NCBI GenBank assembly: GCA_918797485.1
Contig: CAKKNE010000001.1
Location: 3,906,001-3,970,000, forward strand
Direction of reading: 5' to 3'
Source: Pelagomonas calceolata
Lineage: Eukaryota
Length of the DNA stretch: 64,000 nucleotides
Part shown: piece by piece, positions 31,080 to 41,816 of the stretch
How positions within the stretch are numbered: the stretch's first letter is position 1
Layout: the number at the start of each line of letters is the position of its first letter
Program-made: the position numbers and the translations under genes
The notes under the pieces: generated by a model
Database searches by the model: none
What the model saw: the letters and a program-made list of their open reading frames with translations, nothing else
What the model was told of the DNA's origin: nothing

Positions 31080-32365
31080 ATGTCCTGGCCCCTCCCGGAG
31101 GATGAGGACGAGCGCATGTCGACGCTGCGTTCATTAGAACTGTAGGAAACCAGCGTCCTGTCGTGAAACGGCGCCCCCCCCCGGGAGACGCCGCCGGCGC
31201 GCCCGTCGACGCGCCCCGGCCACCCGTTAACCGCGCAGGCTCGACACGCCCCGCCACCAGGAATTTGAGCGCATCACGGCGCTCTGCGGCACCGCGTTAA
31301 ATGTGCCCATCTGTCTTGTAAGCTTAGTGGATGAAAGGAGGCAGTGGTTCCTGTCGAATCGAGGCCTCGGTGATACGCGAGAAACGGGCCGCGAGATCGC
31401 CTTCTGCGCCCATTCGATCATGCCCGACGCCACGACGCGCGTCCACAAAGAGATCATGGTTGTTAGGGATGCGCTGGCCGACGACCGGTTCAAGGATAGC
31501 GCTTTGGTGCAAGGATGGCCGCACATCCGGTTCTACGCCGGTGCGCCCTTGCTGATCGGGGGCGAGGACGGCATCAAAAGAGCTATTGGTACTCTCTGTG
31601 TGATTGACACGGCGATAGAACATGGAGGCACCGGCGCGAGGACGGAGGACGGCTGGGGCGTGCGCGAGAAGCAGATTTTATTGGATTTCGGCGCTCTGCT
31701 GACGGGTGCCATCGAAGCGCGGCAACAGGCGCGCATGGCGATGACGGTCGCTAAAACGGACTACATCTCTTGCACCGCGCACGACATCCGCACACCAGTA
31801 GCCTGCTTCCAGCTGTCGCTCGAGCTGCTAGCTGGTAGTCAGTTAACGGACGAACAACGAGAATACGTCGAGCACGCCCAACAGTCGGTGGAAGTGATGA
31901 CCGAGACGGTGGATAGGGCCATCGAGACCGCACGAGCTCAAAGGGGCGCGAGACCCGCACAAGCTAGGCAAGAGTCCGTTTCCGTAAGGGCATTACTAGG
32001 GAAGATCGACTTCCTCACGAGATCCCTCAGTAAAGAAAGACCGGAGTTACGCTTCAGTGTAGATGATAATGTGCCCGAGTCGATAGAAACGGACGGGACG
32101 TTAGTCTGGCGGATCCTCATGAACTATGTTACGAATGCCTTGAAGGCCGCCGTGAGGCCCGGGGCCGAGCAAGGGCGAGGTGTTGATGTCCGAATATCTC
32201 GGGTGAGGGCCAACGCGACGGGCATCTCACCCGCGCAGGACTGCGCCACACTCTTGTGTCGAGCGGGCGCGATCGCCGCAGCGAAGCGCGGCGCTTTGGC
32301 GAATGAAGAAATCGCGACGGATGTGGTCGGACTAGCTCCAACGGCACGACCAGAGGAATGGTTAA

Positions 32366-32396
<31 letters not shown>

Positions 32397-33129
32397 CGAT
32401 GCCGCCCTGCGACATCGCTTGTTCAATGCGTTTGTCCAGGCCCAGGGCACGAAGGAGGGGACTGGTTTAGGATTATTTGCGGTCAAACAATGCGCCTCGC
32501 TACTGTCAGGCGCGTGCGGCGCGAGATTCAAGAACAACGAGCGACCAACCAAGAGGGCCAGGACGGGTATGTTGGAGCCGAAGTTCGATCAGGAAGATTC
32601 AGGTGAAGGTACCGGTTCTATTTTTTGGACGCTCGTACCTCTGCAGTTACCTAACAGTGAACCGGCCCAAAAAGTCGAGGAGGTGCCCGAGACTCCTGTG
32701 GAAGTCACTCGACAGTTAGAAACGGCGCCCATCGTCGAGCAAGGTAGCAGAGGCCAGGCGTTGATCGTCGAAGACTCCGCACCGATCAGAAAGATGCTGA
32801 AGAGAATACTAGAAAGGGCAGGCTTCCGCGTCGATGAAGCTGGAAATGGGGAACAAGGTTTGGATATGCTTACGAGAAGTTCATATGATGTCTGCATCAT
32901 GGACTTCCTCATGCCCATCATGGACGGCGTGACGTGCACGCGGAAGTACAGGGCCTGGGAAGCTGCTGCGAAGCGGAAGCGGACGGTCATCGTCGGGTCG
33001 TCGGCGAATGCCGACGAGACGGAGATCAACTCGGCGCTGGGCGGGGGCTTCTTCGACGGCTTCATCCCCAAGCCCGTCACGACCGCAACCCTGAAAGCGA
33101 AGCTCGACGAGTTGTATGCCGCGCAGTGA
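31080..33129 (+). CDS. Hybrid sensor histidine kinase (GAF-HisKA-HATPase-REC); intron 31142-31238
   Basis: Spliced N-terminus PEDEDERMSTLRSLELLDTP (GAF); AHDIRTP; NYVTNALK, VEDSGPG, GTGLGL; receiver IVEDS..DFLMPIMDG..KP. Confidence 0.92.
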
Positions 33130-33239
33130 TTATGACGACGTTTTTGCTGAATTCCCTCGGTCGCGACCGCCCCCGCTCGGACCCCTTGTTCATTAAGATA
33201 TACGCTATGGATTCCTGTCGCGTCGATGGCGTCCCGTTC

Positions 33240-33261
33240 CTAGTGTGTTACAGGCCGCTAG
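33240..33261. promoter_or_regulatory. CTAG-bounded promoter motif (CTAGTGTGTTACAGGCCGCTAG)
   Basis: Upstream of ATG 33522. Confidence 0.65.
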
Positions 33262-33521
33262 CCTCTTTTCCTGGCCTTGTTTTTTTTGCCAGCCTCGCAT
33301 CCTTTGTGTGTCATACAACGCTAGCATTTGGAGTAACCGATCGGACCACGTTACTTGCGGACGCAACTGTTCGAACGAGTTCGTGTGTTTAGCGTTCCTG
33401 GCAGTGCTCTCCAAGCTGCTGCCATTTTACGCAGTCCAAACGCGACGCCGCGACTGCTCGACGGCCGGCGCGGCGGCTGACCCGTACAGCGATCTATTCT
33501 TGCAGCGCGGCACGACCAACG

Positions 33522-34232
33522 ATGCGGCTGCGCCTCCTCGCCGCCGCGGCGCTCGCGGCGGCGCAGATCTACCGGCCCGACGGCGCGCGGACACCTTTCA
33601 AGAAGAGCGTCCCGACGCCGCCACGCAAGACGTCGAGCAGCCACCACATCTCCGATGGCGAGCATATCAAGTTGGACGACGGCAACCTCCCGTCCGAAAT
33701 CTTCCTGGGGCGGCACACGATCAAGAAGCCGTGGACGTTGGGCAAGTATGAGAATAATGTGATTACGGTGGAGGACATGTATCGGATCATTTTGAAAAGA
33801 AGGCTGCACCCCGTCGCGATCGACTTCCGGGAAATCTGCCACAAGGACATGGGTCCCACGAACCAATCCATCGAATCAATTTGTGGGCGCAAGTTCAAAG
33901 ATACGACACGGTCGGACCGCGGACCTGCACAAGTGCCGGGCATCCTCGTCAGGTCGACGCAGAACCCTTGTGGTTTGCCCTACCGCATGGTCGACGGCGC
34001 GCACCGTATTTGTCGGATGAAGGCGGCGGGTATCAGTCAAGGGTGTTTTTTCGTGCTCGACGAGGCGACGGCGCTGTCTCTGGTGGTCCCCTACCCGGCC
34101 CACGGCGCGAAGGCGCAGCGTATTAAACCGATCGGCAGGTACGAGGCCATCGCGCTCGGCTGGAAGCTGGCGATGGACTACTACGGGATCGACGCCGACT
34201 GCGAGAAGCGGGCGAATTGGACAGCTGTGTAA
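33522..34232 (+). CDS. Secreted protein with ParB/sulfiredoxin-like motif
   Basis: Signal peptide MRLRLLAAAALAAA; PGILV.......YRMVDGAHR. Confidence 0.55.
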   Translation: MRLRLLAAAALAAAQIYRPDGARTPFKKSVPTPPRKTSSSHHISDGEHIKLDDGNLPSEIFLGRHTIKKPWTLGKYENNVITVEDMYRIILKRRLHPVAIDFREICHKDMGPTNQSIESICGRKFKDTTRSDRGPAQVPGILVRSTQNPCGLPYRMVDGAHRICRMKAAGISQGCFFVLDEATALSLVVPYPAHGAKAQRIKPIGRYEAIALGWKLAMDYYGIDADCEKRANWTAV

Positions 34233-34244
34233 GTGTGATACATG

Positions 34245-34991
34245 TTAAAACAGACGTACTAATGGTCGGTCGACGTAGTGTTGGGCACCCTCGTAGGGCC
34301 GCACCCAGTTGGCCCCAAACACATATGCCGACGCCGCGCCCGTGAGGAGCCCGCCGAGGTGCGCCAGATTATCAACATTGTGAGACGTCATGCCCAGCGC
34401 GGCGTTCATCAGGACCGTGTCGCGGATCGACTTGAGGCCGCTCGTCCCGTATAGGTGAGAATGCCGATAGAGGTGCACCGCCAGCGCGCCCACGAGGCCG
34501 GCGACGGCACCCGACGCGCCGACGGACAGCGCCGAGTCCGACATGCCTTTGAGGACCACGGGCAGCACGTTGCCGCCGACACCAGCCAACGCGTAGACGA
34601 GCGCGGTCCGCTTCGAGCCGTAGGCCCTTTCCAGAGCCCCGCCGACATTTCGGAGCGCGAGCATGTTGACCATCAGATGCGCTGGCGAGCCGTGCAGCAG
34701 CATTGGTGTGGCGAGGCGCCACCACTGGCCCGCTCTTAAAATAAGTCGCGTCGACCGCGCGCCCAAAGCGGCGAGGCTCGGCCGCGCCACTTGCGCGACG
34801 TACGCGCCGATCGTCACTTGCGCGATGCGGTCGGTCGCGGTGGCCGGCGCCTGCACGCGTCTTCGCTTGACCAGGCCCGAGCGCTGGCTCCGCGGCACGA
34901 GGCCGAGACCGTGCGAGAGACCTCCCAGAGATGCGTCGGCCGTGAGCAGTGCGAGAGCGCCAACGACGCGGAGGAATGGGGAGCGTCGCAT
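34245..34991 (-). CDS. Rhomboid family intramembrane serine protease (signal peptide, possibly plastid)
   Basis: QWWRL.T..LLH...HL..N, VGASGAV, DNLAHLGG. Confidence 0.92.
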   Translation of the reverse strand: MRRSPFLRVVGALALLTADASLGGLSHGLGLVPRSQRSGLVKRRRVQAPATATDRIAQVTIGAYVAQVARPSLAALGARSTRLILRAGQWWRLATPMLLHGSPAHLMVNMLALRNVGGALERAYGSKRTALVYALAGVGGNVLPVVLKGMSDSALSVGASGAVAGLVGALAVHLYRHSHLYGTSGLKSIRDTVLMNAALGMTSHNVDNLAHLGGLLTGAASAYVFGANWVRPYEGAQHYVDRPLVRLF

Positions 34992-35165
34992 GGTCTTATG
35001 CGCTTGCCAGGTGGAGCACTGAGCTGCTGCCTACCAGGTGGAAGTGCGTAGCGATCGCGGACGTACTTGCAAGTGCTCCTGCGAAAACGTGGAGGCGTAG
35101 TAGAGCACTTCAGTCTGTCGAATCAAAGCGAAACGGCCTTGGCAAGGACGCGGCCCGAGAGCGAC

Positions 35166-35187
35166 CTAGCGTGTACATACATACTAG
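35166..35187. promoter_or_regulatory. CTAG-bounded promoter motif variant (CTAGCGTGTACATACATACTAG)
   Basis: Between divergent ATGs 34991 and 35294. Confidence 0.6.
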
Positions 35188-35293
35188 CTCAGCACGCCCG
35201 CCGAACGGCATTCCAAGGGCCGACGCGCTGTGGCCACGCTCGCAGCGCTCCCCCACAACACATCTCACGAAGGAAAAGGCTGCCCCAGCGACC

Positions 35294-36259
35294 ATGCTCC
35301 GGGAAGCCGAGCATTATGACTACCAGCCAGCAAGCCACAACACGGAAGAACTGCTAGAAAGAAGTACAATACGACGGTACTGGCGGCGCTACTTGCTCTG
35401 GGACCTTTCAGTGTTATGGTGGCTGCGGCGGTCACCAACGGGCCGCTTCTTCTCGTTACCGATGCGGCACGTTATTGCTTACGAGCCGTGGCGAGATATC
35501 TCTCTAGTAACGTGGCTGGCCTGGGTCGTTACGATCTTCTTTTCGGGTTATAAGGATGCTGTCAATTGCATATTGAATTGTGGCGGTGTACTGTTTGTAC
35601 GAGCATTAATCCAAGCGCGAAGACCGATAGAGTTCGATGTTAGGCTCAGACAGCTCGCGGACCGAAGCAGGGGCAACTACGGCATGCCCTGCATCAACAC
35701 GCACATGGCCGTCGTGGTCTTCGGGTTACTCGCTCGTAGTGCGACGTGGAAACCGCAATATTTTGAGTTCAAGTGGTGGTGGTGGGAGCCGCTGGTCTGG
35801 ACCACTGCCTTTATCTTGGTTGCGCTCATCGCCTTCTCACGATTAGTAGCGGGCTCGCGTTTTGTGTATCAAGTCGTGCTCTCGGTCTTCACAGGAATCA
35901 AGGGCGTGGCCATAGCAGCACATTATGTGGTAGATCGCATCCCGGACTGGCGCGAGGAGTGGTGGAGGCTGGGGAAGAACGGACCTCATACTATACTGCT
36001 GCTGGCGCTCACGTTTTTTGGCTTGGCCTACGTCGCGGCGGCCGCCGAGGACAACTCGTCCTGGTTCTTCAGCATCCCGAACGAGGAGTTCACCCGGGTT
36101 TTAGGTGATATTTATTCACAGAGAGGCGGCGCGGCGCCGAGACGTCGAGGGCCGAACGGGGCGTCTTACGCGCCCCCGGACTCGCTTTCGTTATTGACGG
36201 CGCGCATGCGCGAGCGGTCGGCGCGGCCGGTGGTGGCGGCGAGCGATAGTTGGGGTTGA
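35294..36259 (+). CDS. PAP2-superfamily membrane protein with degenerate catalytic motifs
   Basis: RALIQARRP (C1), YGMPCINTH (C2-like), SRLVAGSRFVYQV (C3 lacking His); several TM segments. Confidence 0.65.
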   Translation: MLREAEHYDYQPASHNTEELLERSTIRRYWRRYLLWDLSVLWWLRRSPTGRFFSLPMRHVIAYEPWRDISLVTWLAWVVTIFFSGYKDAVNCILNCGGVLFVRALIQARRPIEFDVRLRQLADRSRGNYGMPCINTHMAVVVFGLLARSATWKPQYFEFKWWWWEPLVWTTAFILVALIAFSRLVAGSRFVYQVVLSVFTGIKGVAIAAHYVVDRIPDWREEWWRLGKNGPHTILLLALTFFGLAYVAAAAEDNSSWFFSIPNEEFTRVLGDIYSQRGGAAPRRRGPNGASYAPPDSLSLLTARMRERSARPVVAASDSWG

Positions 36260-36433
36260 TATATTCTTCTGTTACGTACGGTGCTGGGACTAGCCGATTC
36301 GTTGGCGGGCGCGGGCCGCGTCTTTGATGACACTCGTCGCCGGCCGCGTCAGGACCCGCCGAACAGTGAGCAACGTTCAGGTCGCGTTAGCTACTCGCAT
36401 CAGCTAGCTCCCGGCGCACTTGGAAATCGCGGG

Positions 36434-36454
36434 CTAGCGGCCGTAAGACACTAG
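36434..36454. promoter_or_regulatory. CTAG-bounded promoter motif (CTAGCGGCCGTAAGACACTAG)
   Basis: Upstream of ATG 36700. Confidence 0.7.
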
Positions 36455-36699
36455 CAGGCAGCCACGGGAAAGCCGCGCGAGTCTACGGCCCATACGCGTG
36501 GCTGAGACTAGGCAACGCTGTCTGCGAGCCGTTTCCGATTGCTTGTTGCTGTGGTAGCACTCTTGGCCGGGCGCAGGCCCAGATAAATTAAGACCGGAGA
36601 GCCTCTCCAAAAAATCCCGGGGCCGTCGGCAGCGCTGGTCTACGGTTACGCCGTCGTATAGTTGTCGGCACGCATCGCCGCGGAGAGCCATAGAAAAAA

Positions 36700-39423
36700 A
36701 TGCGCTGGTTCGGCGGCGGCGGCTCCGCGTTAACGGACCACGCCGTGAAAGAAGCCGTCTTCGAGAAGAGCGGTAGTGACGGCGCCCTCGCGACGCAGAG
36801 CTGGGGCCAGTTCGCGGCGTTGCACAAGAAGGACGAAAGTGGGGCTACCGTGTTTCAATTGTCAAGGAACAAGGGTGATGAACAATCCGCCAAGGTGCAA
36901 TCGGCGCGCAGATGCGTTAAATTGACCAAGATCCTGAGGCACCCCTGCGTGTTACCTTATAGGGAAGGCGTCGAGAAGGACGGCGGCGAGATCTCCTTCG
37001 CCACTGATGAAGTCCTACCTCTACCGGCGTGGCTCGAACGCTACGGCAAAGATGCGGACCCTCGCACGTTAGCCTGGGGTGCTAGATGCGTCTTACAAGC
37101 TCTATCATTCCTACATAGCACGAAACGGTGCCACGGCTCTTTGACACCGGATAGTATATATGTCACAGCTGCCGGCGACTGGAAACTTTGGGGTTTCGAA
37201 CTGTCGACATCTTTGGACCCCTTGGAGCCGAACAATGAGGGGCTTGGGTTCTTCCGGGCCCATGAGGCGTTGGTGGACGATCGCTACCGAGCCCCGGAAC
37301 GGAAACGCAACGACTGGGAGGGCATGGCGCAGCATAAGGTCGGGAGTAGCGACGTCTGGGCCCTGTCCGCTTTGTTGGAGACTGCTTACAGTAATAGAGG
37401 AGGAGCACCGAGAGAGTTAAGTGTTTGGCTGAAGCGCGCGTCGAACAACGAGCCTTCCAAGCGGCCGTCATGCGATCAAATATTGCGAGGCTGTCCCCTC
37501 TTTCGCGGGGGCACGCTGAAAGAACTCACAGGCTTGCAAGACTTGTCAGCGACGTCGTTAGAGGATCAGATCGCCTTCTACAAGAACTTGCATGAATCTA
37601 CAAGTAGGACGACGCCGGACGGCCAGCCCTGCCGAGGAGCGCTAGACGAAGCACTATTCAGAGGCGCTTGCGTCCACAAATTGCTACCTAAATTGCTAGC
37701 TACGCTCGAGATTGCGCTCAAGGAGGGCGGCGACGTGCAGACGAGACGAGCCGCGGTCGCGTGTGCCCTACCTTTGTTGGTCCAGATCGTGGAGATGCTC
37801 GATAAAGATGAAAACGATTCGCTGGGGAAGTACGCCCAAGCGGCCGAAAAGCGCGTCGTGAAGGGCATCGTGGAGGCACTGGAAACCGTTTTGATCATAA
37901 AAGACCCGTTCATTCGGTTCGAGGCCCTGAAGCGCGTCGATGCTCTCGCGCCGTTACTCACGGAGAACTACGTGAATAGGAAGCTGTTTGATGCCTTATT
38001 GTTGGGCTTTGGGGACAAAAATGATGATGCCCGTTTGTTAACACTGATGGGCATGCTAGCTATAGCGCCTCGATTATCTGAGAAGAATAGATCAGACAGA
38101 TTGTTGAGAGTGGTCAAGAGGTTAGAGTCGGATCGCTCGCCGAAAATACGGACGAATGTGGTCATTTTCTACGGGAGGCTAGCGCCGGACTTACCTGATA
38201 ACTTACGAACCAAGCACGCCTTACCGGCCTTCGTCAAAGCGTTGGAGGATAAAGTACCTTTTGTAAGGATGGCCGCCGTGCGGGCACTGGGTGCGTGTCG
38301 CGACGAATTCGCCCCGGTCTATGCTGCTCGACTCGTAGCGCCGAAACTCGTGCCGCTCGCCCTAGATCCGGCCAAACCGGTGCGCGACGCGGCCGTGCCG
38401 TGTTTGGAAGCGTATCTGGCCGTCGTTCGGAAAGCTGCGGAAGAGATGACGCGCCAGGAAGAGGCAAGGGCGAAACAGGAGGCGGTGAAGCGGCAGGCCG
38501 AAACACCTCAAAAGGCGCCGCAGCAACAGGCGCCGCCTCCACCGAAGCAGGAGGCGCCGCCACCACCTCCGGAGCCGACGTCGCCGTCGGCGGGCTGGGG
38601 CCTCGCGTCGTGGGCCGGGGCCGCGGCGTCCAATGCTCTGGGCAAGGTCGCGTCGGCGGCGTCCGAGGCGGCGGCCGGCCTGGCGTCGGCCGAAGATGTC
38701 ACGGAGGAGGCGCCACCACCACCACCACGCAAGAGCTCCATCGACGACGACGGCGGCGACGGCTGGGGCGACGACGACGCGTGGGGCGACGTCCCTACGA
38801 AAAAAGTGGAGCCCAAGAAGGCGTCTCCGAAAAAGCCCGCGGCGCGCAAAGTGTCACCGAAGAAAGCCACACAGCCGAAGGACGACTTCTTCGACTCCTG
38901 GGGTGATGATCAACCGGCGAAGCCTTCTCGCGTCGCCGCCGCCGCCGCCGCTGATGACGACGAGGACGACGACCCCTGGGGCACGAAGGAGCCCGTTCCT
39001 GTGGCGAAGAAGCCCTCGGTGGAGGACCGGCGGGCCCAGCGCCGCGCCGAGCTCGAGGCGAAGCGGAAAGCTCGAGCCGCGGCGCGCGCCTCCTCGAAGC
39101 CGTCAATAACAAAGGCGGCCCCGCCGGCTCCTCCTGCCGACGACGGCTGGGGCGACGACGCCTGGGGCGACGACGTGCCCGCCAAGCCGGTCGCCCTCAA
39201 ATCGTCGCCGAAGAAGCCGGGCCGCAAAACGCTGCCCAAAAAGGGCGGCACTTTATCGCTGTCGAAGGGCATGTTCTCCAAGGACCAGAAGGCCGCGCCG
39301 CCGCCCAAGGCCAAGACGGAAGAGCAGATCAAGGCCGAGAAGCTCAAGGCGGCCGCGGCAGCCATGAAGGCGGCGCCGGTCTCGAAGCTGCCGGCGGACG
39401 ACTCCATGTGGGACGACTTCTAA
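36700..39423 (+). CDS. SCYL1: SCY1-like pseudokinase with HEAT repeats
   Basis: LRHPCVL.Y, ALSFLH, SIYVT.AGDWKL.GFE; HEAT repeats (IRTNVVI); acidic DDGWGDD tail. Confidence 0.88.
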   Translation: MRWFGGGGSALTDHAVKEAVFEKSGSDGALATQSWGQFAALHKKDESGATVFQLSRNKGDEQSAKVQSARRCVKLTKILRHPCVLPYREGVEKDGGEISFATDEVLPLPAWLERYGKDADPRTLAWGARCVLQALSFLHSTKRCHGSLTPDSIYVTAAGDWKLWGFELSTSLDPLEPNNEGLGFFRAHEALVDDRYRAPERKRNDWEGMAQHKVGSSDVWALSALLETAYSNRGGAPRELSVWLKRASNNEPSKRPSCDQILRGCPLFRGGTLKELTGLQDLSATSLEDQIAFYKNLHESTSRTTPDGQPCRGALDEALFRGACVHKLLPKLLATLEIALKEGGDVQTRRAAVACALPLLVQIVEMLDKDENDSLGKYAQAAEKRVVKGIVEALETVLIIKDPFIRFEALKRVDALAPLLTENYVNRKLFDALLLGFGDKNDDARLLTLMGMLAIAPRLSEKNRSDRLLRVVKRLESDRSPKIRTNVVIFYGRLAPDLPDNLRTKHALPAFVKALEDKVPFVRMAAVRALGACRDEFAPVYAARLVAPKLVPLALDPAKPVRDAAVPCLEAYLAVVRKAAEEMTRQEEARAKQEAVKRQAETPQKAPQQQAPPPPKQEAPPPPPEPTSPSAGWGLASWAGAAASNALGKVASAASEAAAGLASAEDVTEEAPPPPPRKSSIDDDGGDGWGDDDAWGDVPTKKVEPKKASPKKPAARKVSPKKATQPKDDFFDSWGDDQPAKPSRVAAAAAADDDEDDDPWGTKEPVPVAKKPSVEDRRAQRRAELEAKRKARAAARASSKPSITKAAPPAPPADDGWGDDAWGDDVPAKPVALKSSPKKPGRKTLPKKGGTLSLSKGMFSKDQKAAPPPKAKTEEQIKAEKLKAAAAAMKAAPVSKLPADDSMWDDF

Positions 39424-39538
39424 GGCTCGCTTGGACTGTATTTTAGTATTCTACCGGGGCGGGGGAGGTACAAAAAATATCGCGATGAGGATCGTGATCG
39501 CCCGGCGGGCGCGGACCGTTCAGCAGCAGCAACCGTCG

Positions 39539-40402
39539 TCAGCGGCCTATTGGCCGTTGTTGCGGCACCCTCACGTTCAGGAGCTGGCCGGCTTTGCCAC
39601 CCGCGGGAACCGTCACCCGTATCCTTTGGCCGTTCGCTTGTACGTCGAATACTGAACCGGGCATCATGCCGGCCGGAATCTGGACCTGAACAGTTTGGGC
39701 TCGGTCGACCAGGTTGGTGCGTTTGATTTTGGTCAGCTTGAAGTTTTCGTTGCCGCCGGCGGCGGCGAGCTTGATGTCGTTCTCGCTGAGAACGAGCGCC
39801 ATGCACGGCCCTCTGCCAGGGCTCCCCGCGGACCGGAAGTTGTCGGTTCCGCCGTCGCGCGTGAACATCGGGCTCTGCCCGAGTTGGAACGCATCTTGTC
39901 CCATCGCCATGATATTCATCTGCCGAGGGCAGCAGCCGGGGCAGGCCTCGTTGTCCATCATCCACGCTCCCGAGAGCACCGACGCGTCGTACTTGTGGGC
40001 GCGGCCGCCGCCCTGCTGGACGACGATCGTCTGGCCCGGTTGCTGCACGACCGGCTGCTGGACCGTCACCGCGGGCGGCACTTGCACGGTGAGTAACCCA
40101 CCAGGTCTGCAGCCCACAGGGACCGTCACCGGAATCATCTGACCGTTCGCCTGGACGTTAAAAACTTGATTTGACCTCATGCCGGCCGGTATCTGAACCT
40201 GAACAGTTTGCGGCGCGGCCGGTGGCATCGCAACAGGTGCGGGCTGAGAGTATACAGGCTGTGGCGGCTGAGCGTATACTGGTGCCTGGGGCGGCGCCTC
40301 CGCCACGAGCTCCCCCTGGAGTACGACTTCGCCCTGCATTGGCTGGGGCGGTGCCTCCGCGGCGACGATCTCCCCCTGGAGGACTACTTCGTCTTGGATC
40401 AT
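39539..40402 (-). CDS. Pro/Gln-rich protein with repeated V.V.IPAGM.PG modules
   Basis: Two copies of QTVQVQIPAGM....F.VQANGQ.I.VTVP.G...G.LL.V.VP; ATG at 40402. Confidence 0.7.
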   Translation of the reverse strand: MIQDEVVLQGEIVAAEAPPQPMQGEVVLQGELVAEAPPQAPVYAQPPQPVYSQPAPVAMPPAAPQTVQVQIPAGMRSNQVFNVQANGQMIPVTVPVGCRPGGLLTVQVPPAVTVQQPVVQQPGQTIVVQQGGGRAHKYDASVLSGAWMMDNEACPGCCPRQMNIMAMGQDAFQLGQSPMFTRDGGTDNFRSAGSPGRGPCMALVLSENDIKLAAAGGNENFKLTKIKRTNLVDRAQTVQVQIPAGMMPGSVFDVQANGQRIRVTVPAGGKAGQLLNVRVPQQRPIGR

Positions 40403-40493
40403 TCTGCTTGCACGGGCTGTCGCGATTGGGATCGAGCTGTATGGGGGGCTGGGGCAGCGTATATGCAGCGTGAGATCCGCGCAATCATAAGGC

Positions 40494-40515
40494 CTAGCGG
40501 CCTGTAAGACACTAG
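40494..40515. promoter_or_regulatory. CTAG-bounded promoter motif (CTAGCGGCCTGTAAGACACTAG)
   Basis: Between divergent ATGs 40402 and 40698. Confidence 0.7.
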
Positions 40516-40697
40516 GAAAGCCAAGCTCGACGGCGCGGGCCCACGGCACGCGATATACGGCTGGACGTAGCGCGAGAACTGCCATACGTAGTCCCTATTT
40601 GTCGCACCGCTCCTCGCTGCAGTCCTCACGCGGCTAGGGTGAGCACAGCTGCCGAGCCCTGCTGCCCAAGCCCGCCGCGCGAGTCCGAGCGCGAGCC

Positions 40698-41450
40698 ATG
40701 TACGCCCTCACCCAATGCGACGCGCTGAAGCGCCGCGACAATAATGTACTAGCATTCTCACCAACGGCGCGCGCCATAGAAGCCTACACGCCGCGCGGCC
40801 GCCTCCTCCTGCAGGACCGCAAGCCGCCCTGGGAGCACCTGACGCCGAAGCAGCTGGTTATTAGTGCTTGCCAGGCCGTCGTCGTCACGGCGGCGCCGGC
40901 GTTCATCGCCGCGACGCCCGCGTACGACCCCGAGGGCGACGACGACGACGAGCTGCTAGATTGGGACCGACTCTATAGCGAGCTCGAGGGCTTCCGCGAG
41001 AAGTGTGCCTTGACGTTTGCGAGGTACCTGGCGTGCACGACGCTGAAACGGCGATTAGAGGCCTGGTGCGTCTCGCGGCTCGATCCGCGGACGGCCGACC
41101 GGCTGTTGAAAGATGTGGCTTTATCGGCGAAGCGGAAAGCCTTGAGGCACGGTCGCATGGGCGCAGCTAGACGCATGTGCCTGACGGAGATGCGGTCGAA
41201 AGCGTTGGGCTACGGCGCGAATCTCATCGTCGAGGAATGCTGTTTGTGCTACGTCTACCTGCGCGACCGAAGGAGGGACAAAAACGCGTTGGTAAAGCTG
41301 CAGCGGGCGTCTTCCACGGCCTTCCTAGGCTTCGCGGCGTCCTTCTCTCTATCATGTCTCGGTTCTGGTCTGGGGACGCTGGCCAAGCCGGGCTGGGGGA
41401 CCGTGGTCGGAGGGGCTGCCGGCGACCTCGCGGGGCTCTTCGTCTTCTAA
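40698..41450 (+). CDS. Hypothetical protein with C-terminal Gly-rich hydrophobic tail
   Basis: ORF with plausible codon usage; ends GSGLGTLAKPGWGTVVGGAAGD. Confidence 0.65.
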   Translation: MYALTQCDALKRRDNNVLAFSPTARAIEAYTPRGRLLLQDRKPPWEHLTPKQLVISACQAVVVTAAPAFIAATPAYDPEGDDDDELLDWDRLYSELEGFREKCALTFARYLACTTLKRRLEAWCVSRLDPRTADRLLKDVALSAKRKALRHGRMGAARRMCLTEMRSKALGYGANLIVEECCLCYVYLRDRRRDKNALVKLQRASSTAFLGFAASFSLSCLGSGLGTLAKPGWGTVVGGAAGDLAGLFVF

Positions 41451-41816
41451 TTTTATGTAGTAGAATGCGATCGATCGCGCGGGTGTACTCGCGTCGAGTC
41501 CCAGCCCGAGTTCTGCTCCGTACCGCCCCTAATTGGTATCCTATCCTAAGACCGACGCAACCGCAGGAGCGATGCCCGTGGTCGGCACTTCCCTGGGATT
41601 GGTAGGGTTGAATGAGGATCATTGTGGCGAGGAACTCACGCGTTGGCCACTAGACACAGCGGTTGGCACACTGGCCAACAGCGCTATAAGCACAGCGCCT
41701 AAACACAGCGCGACAAGCTGCCTAAATCCACGCACGAGCAGCTGTCAATACACGCCACGCACGCCGTAGCCGGCAATCGACCGCGGGCAGCGCCACCAGA
41801 CACACCAAGCGAAGCG

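Noticed and set aside
34949..35293. Long N-terminal extensions in the ORF track from GTG/TTG starts (also 8345, 40585, 44450, 48270, 48660, 30746)
   Set aside because: This is a eukaryotic locus; the extensions run through intergenic or promoter DNA, so downstream ATGs were used.
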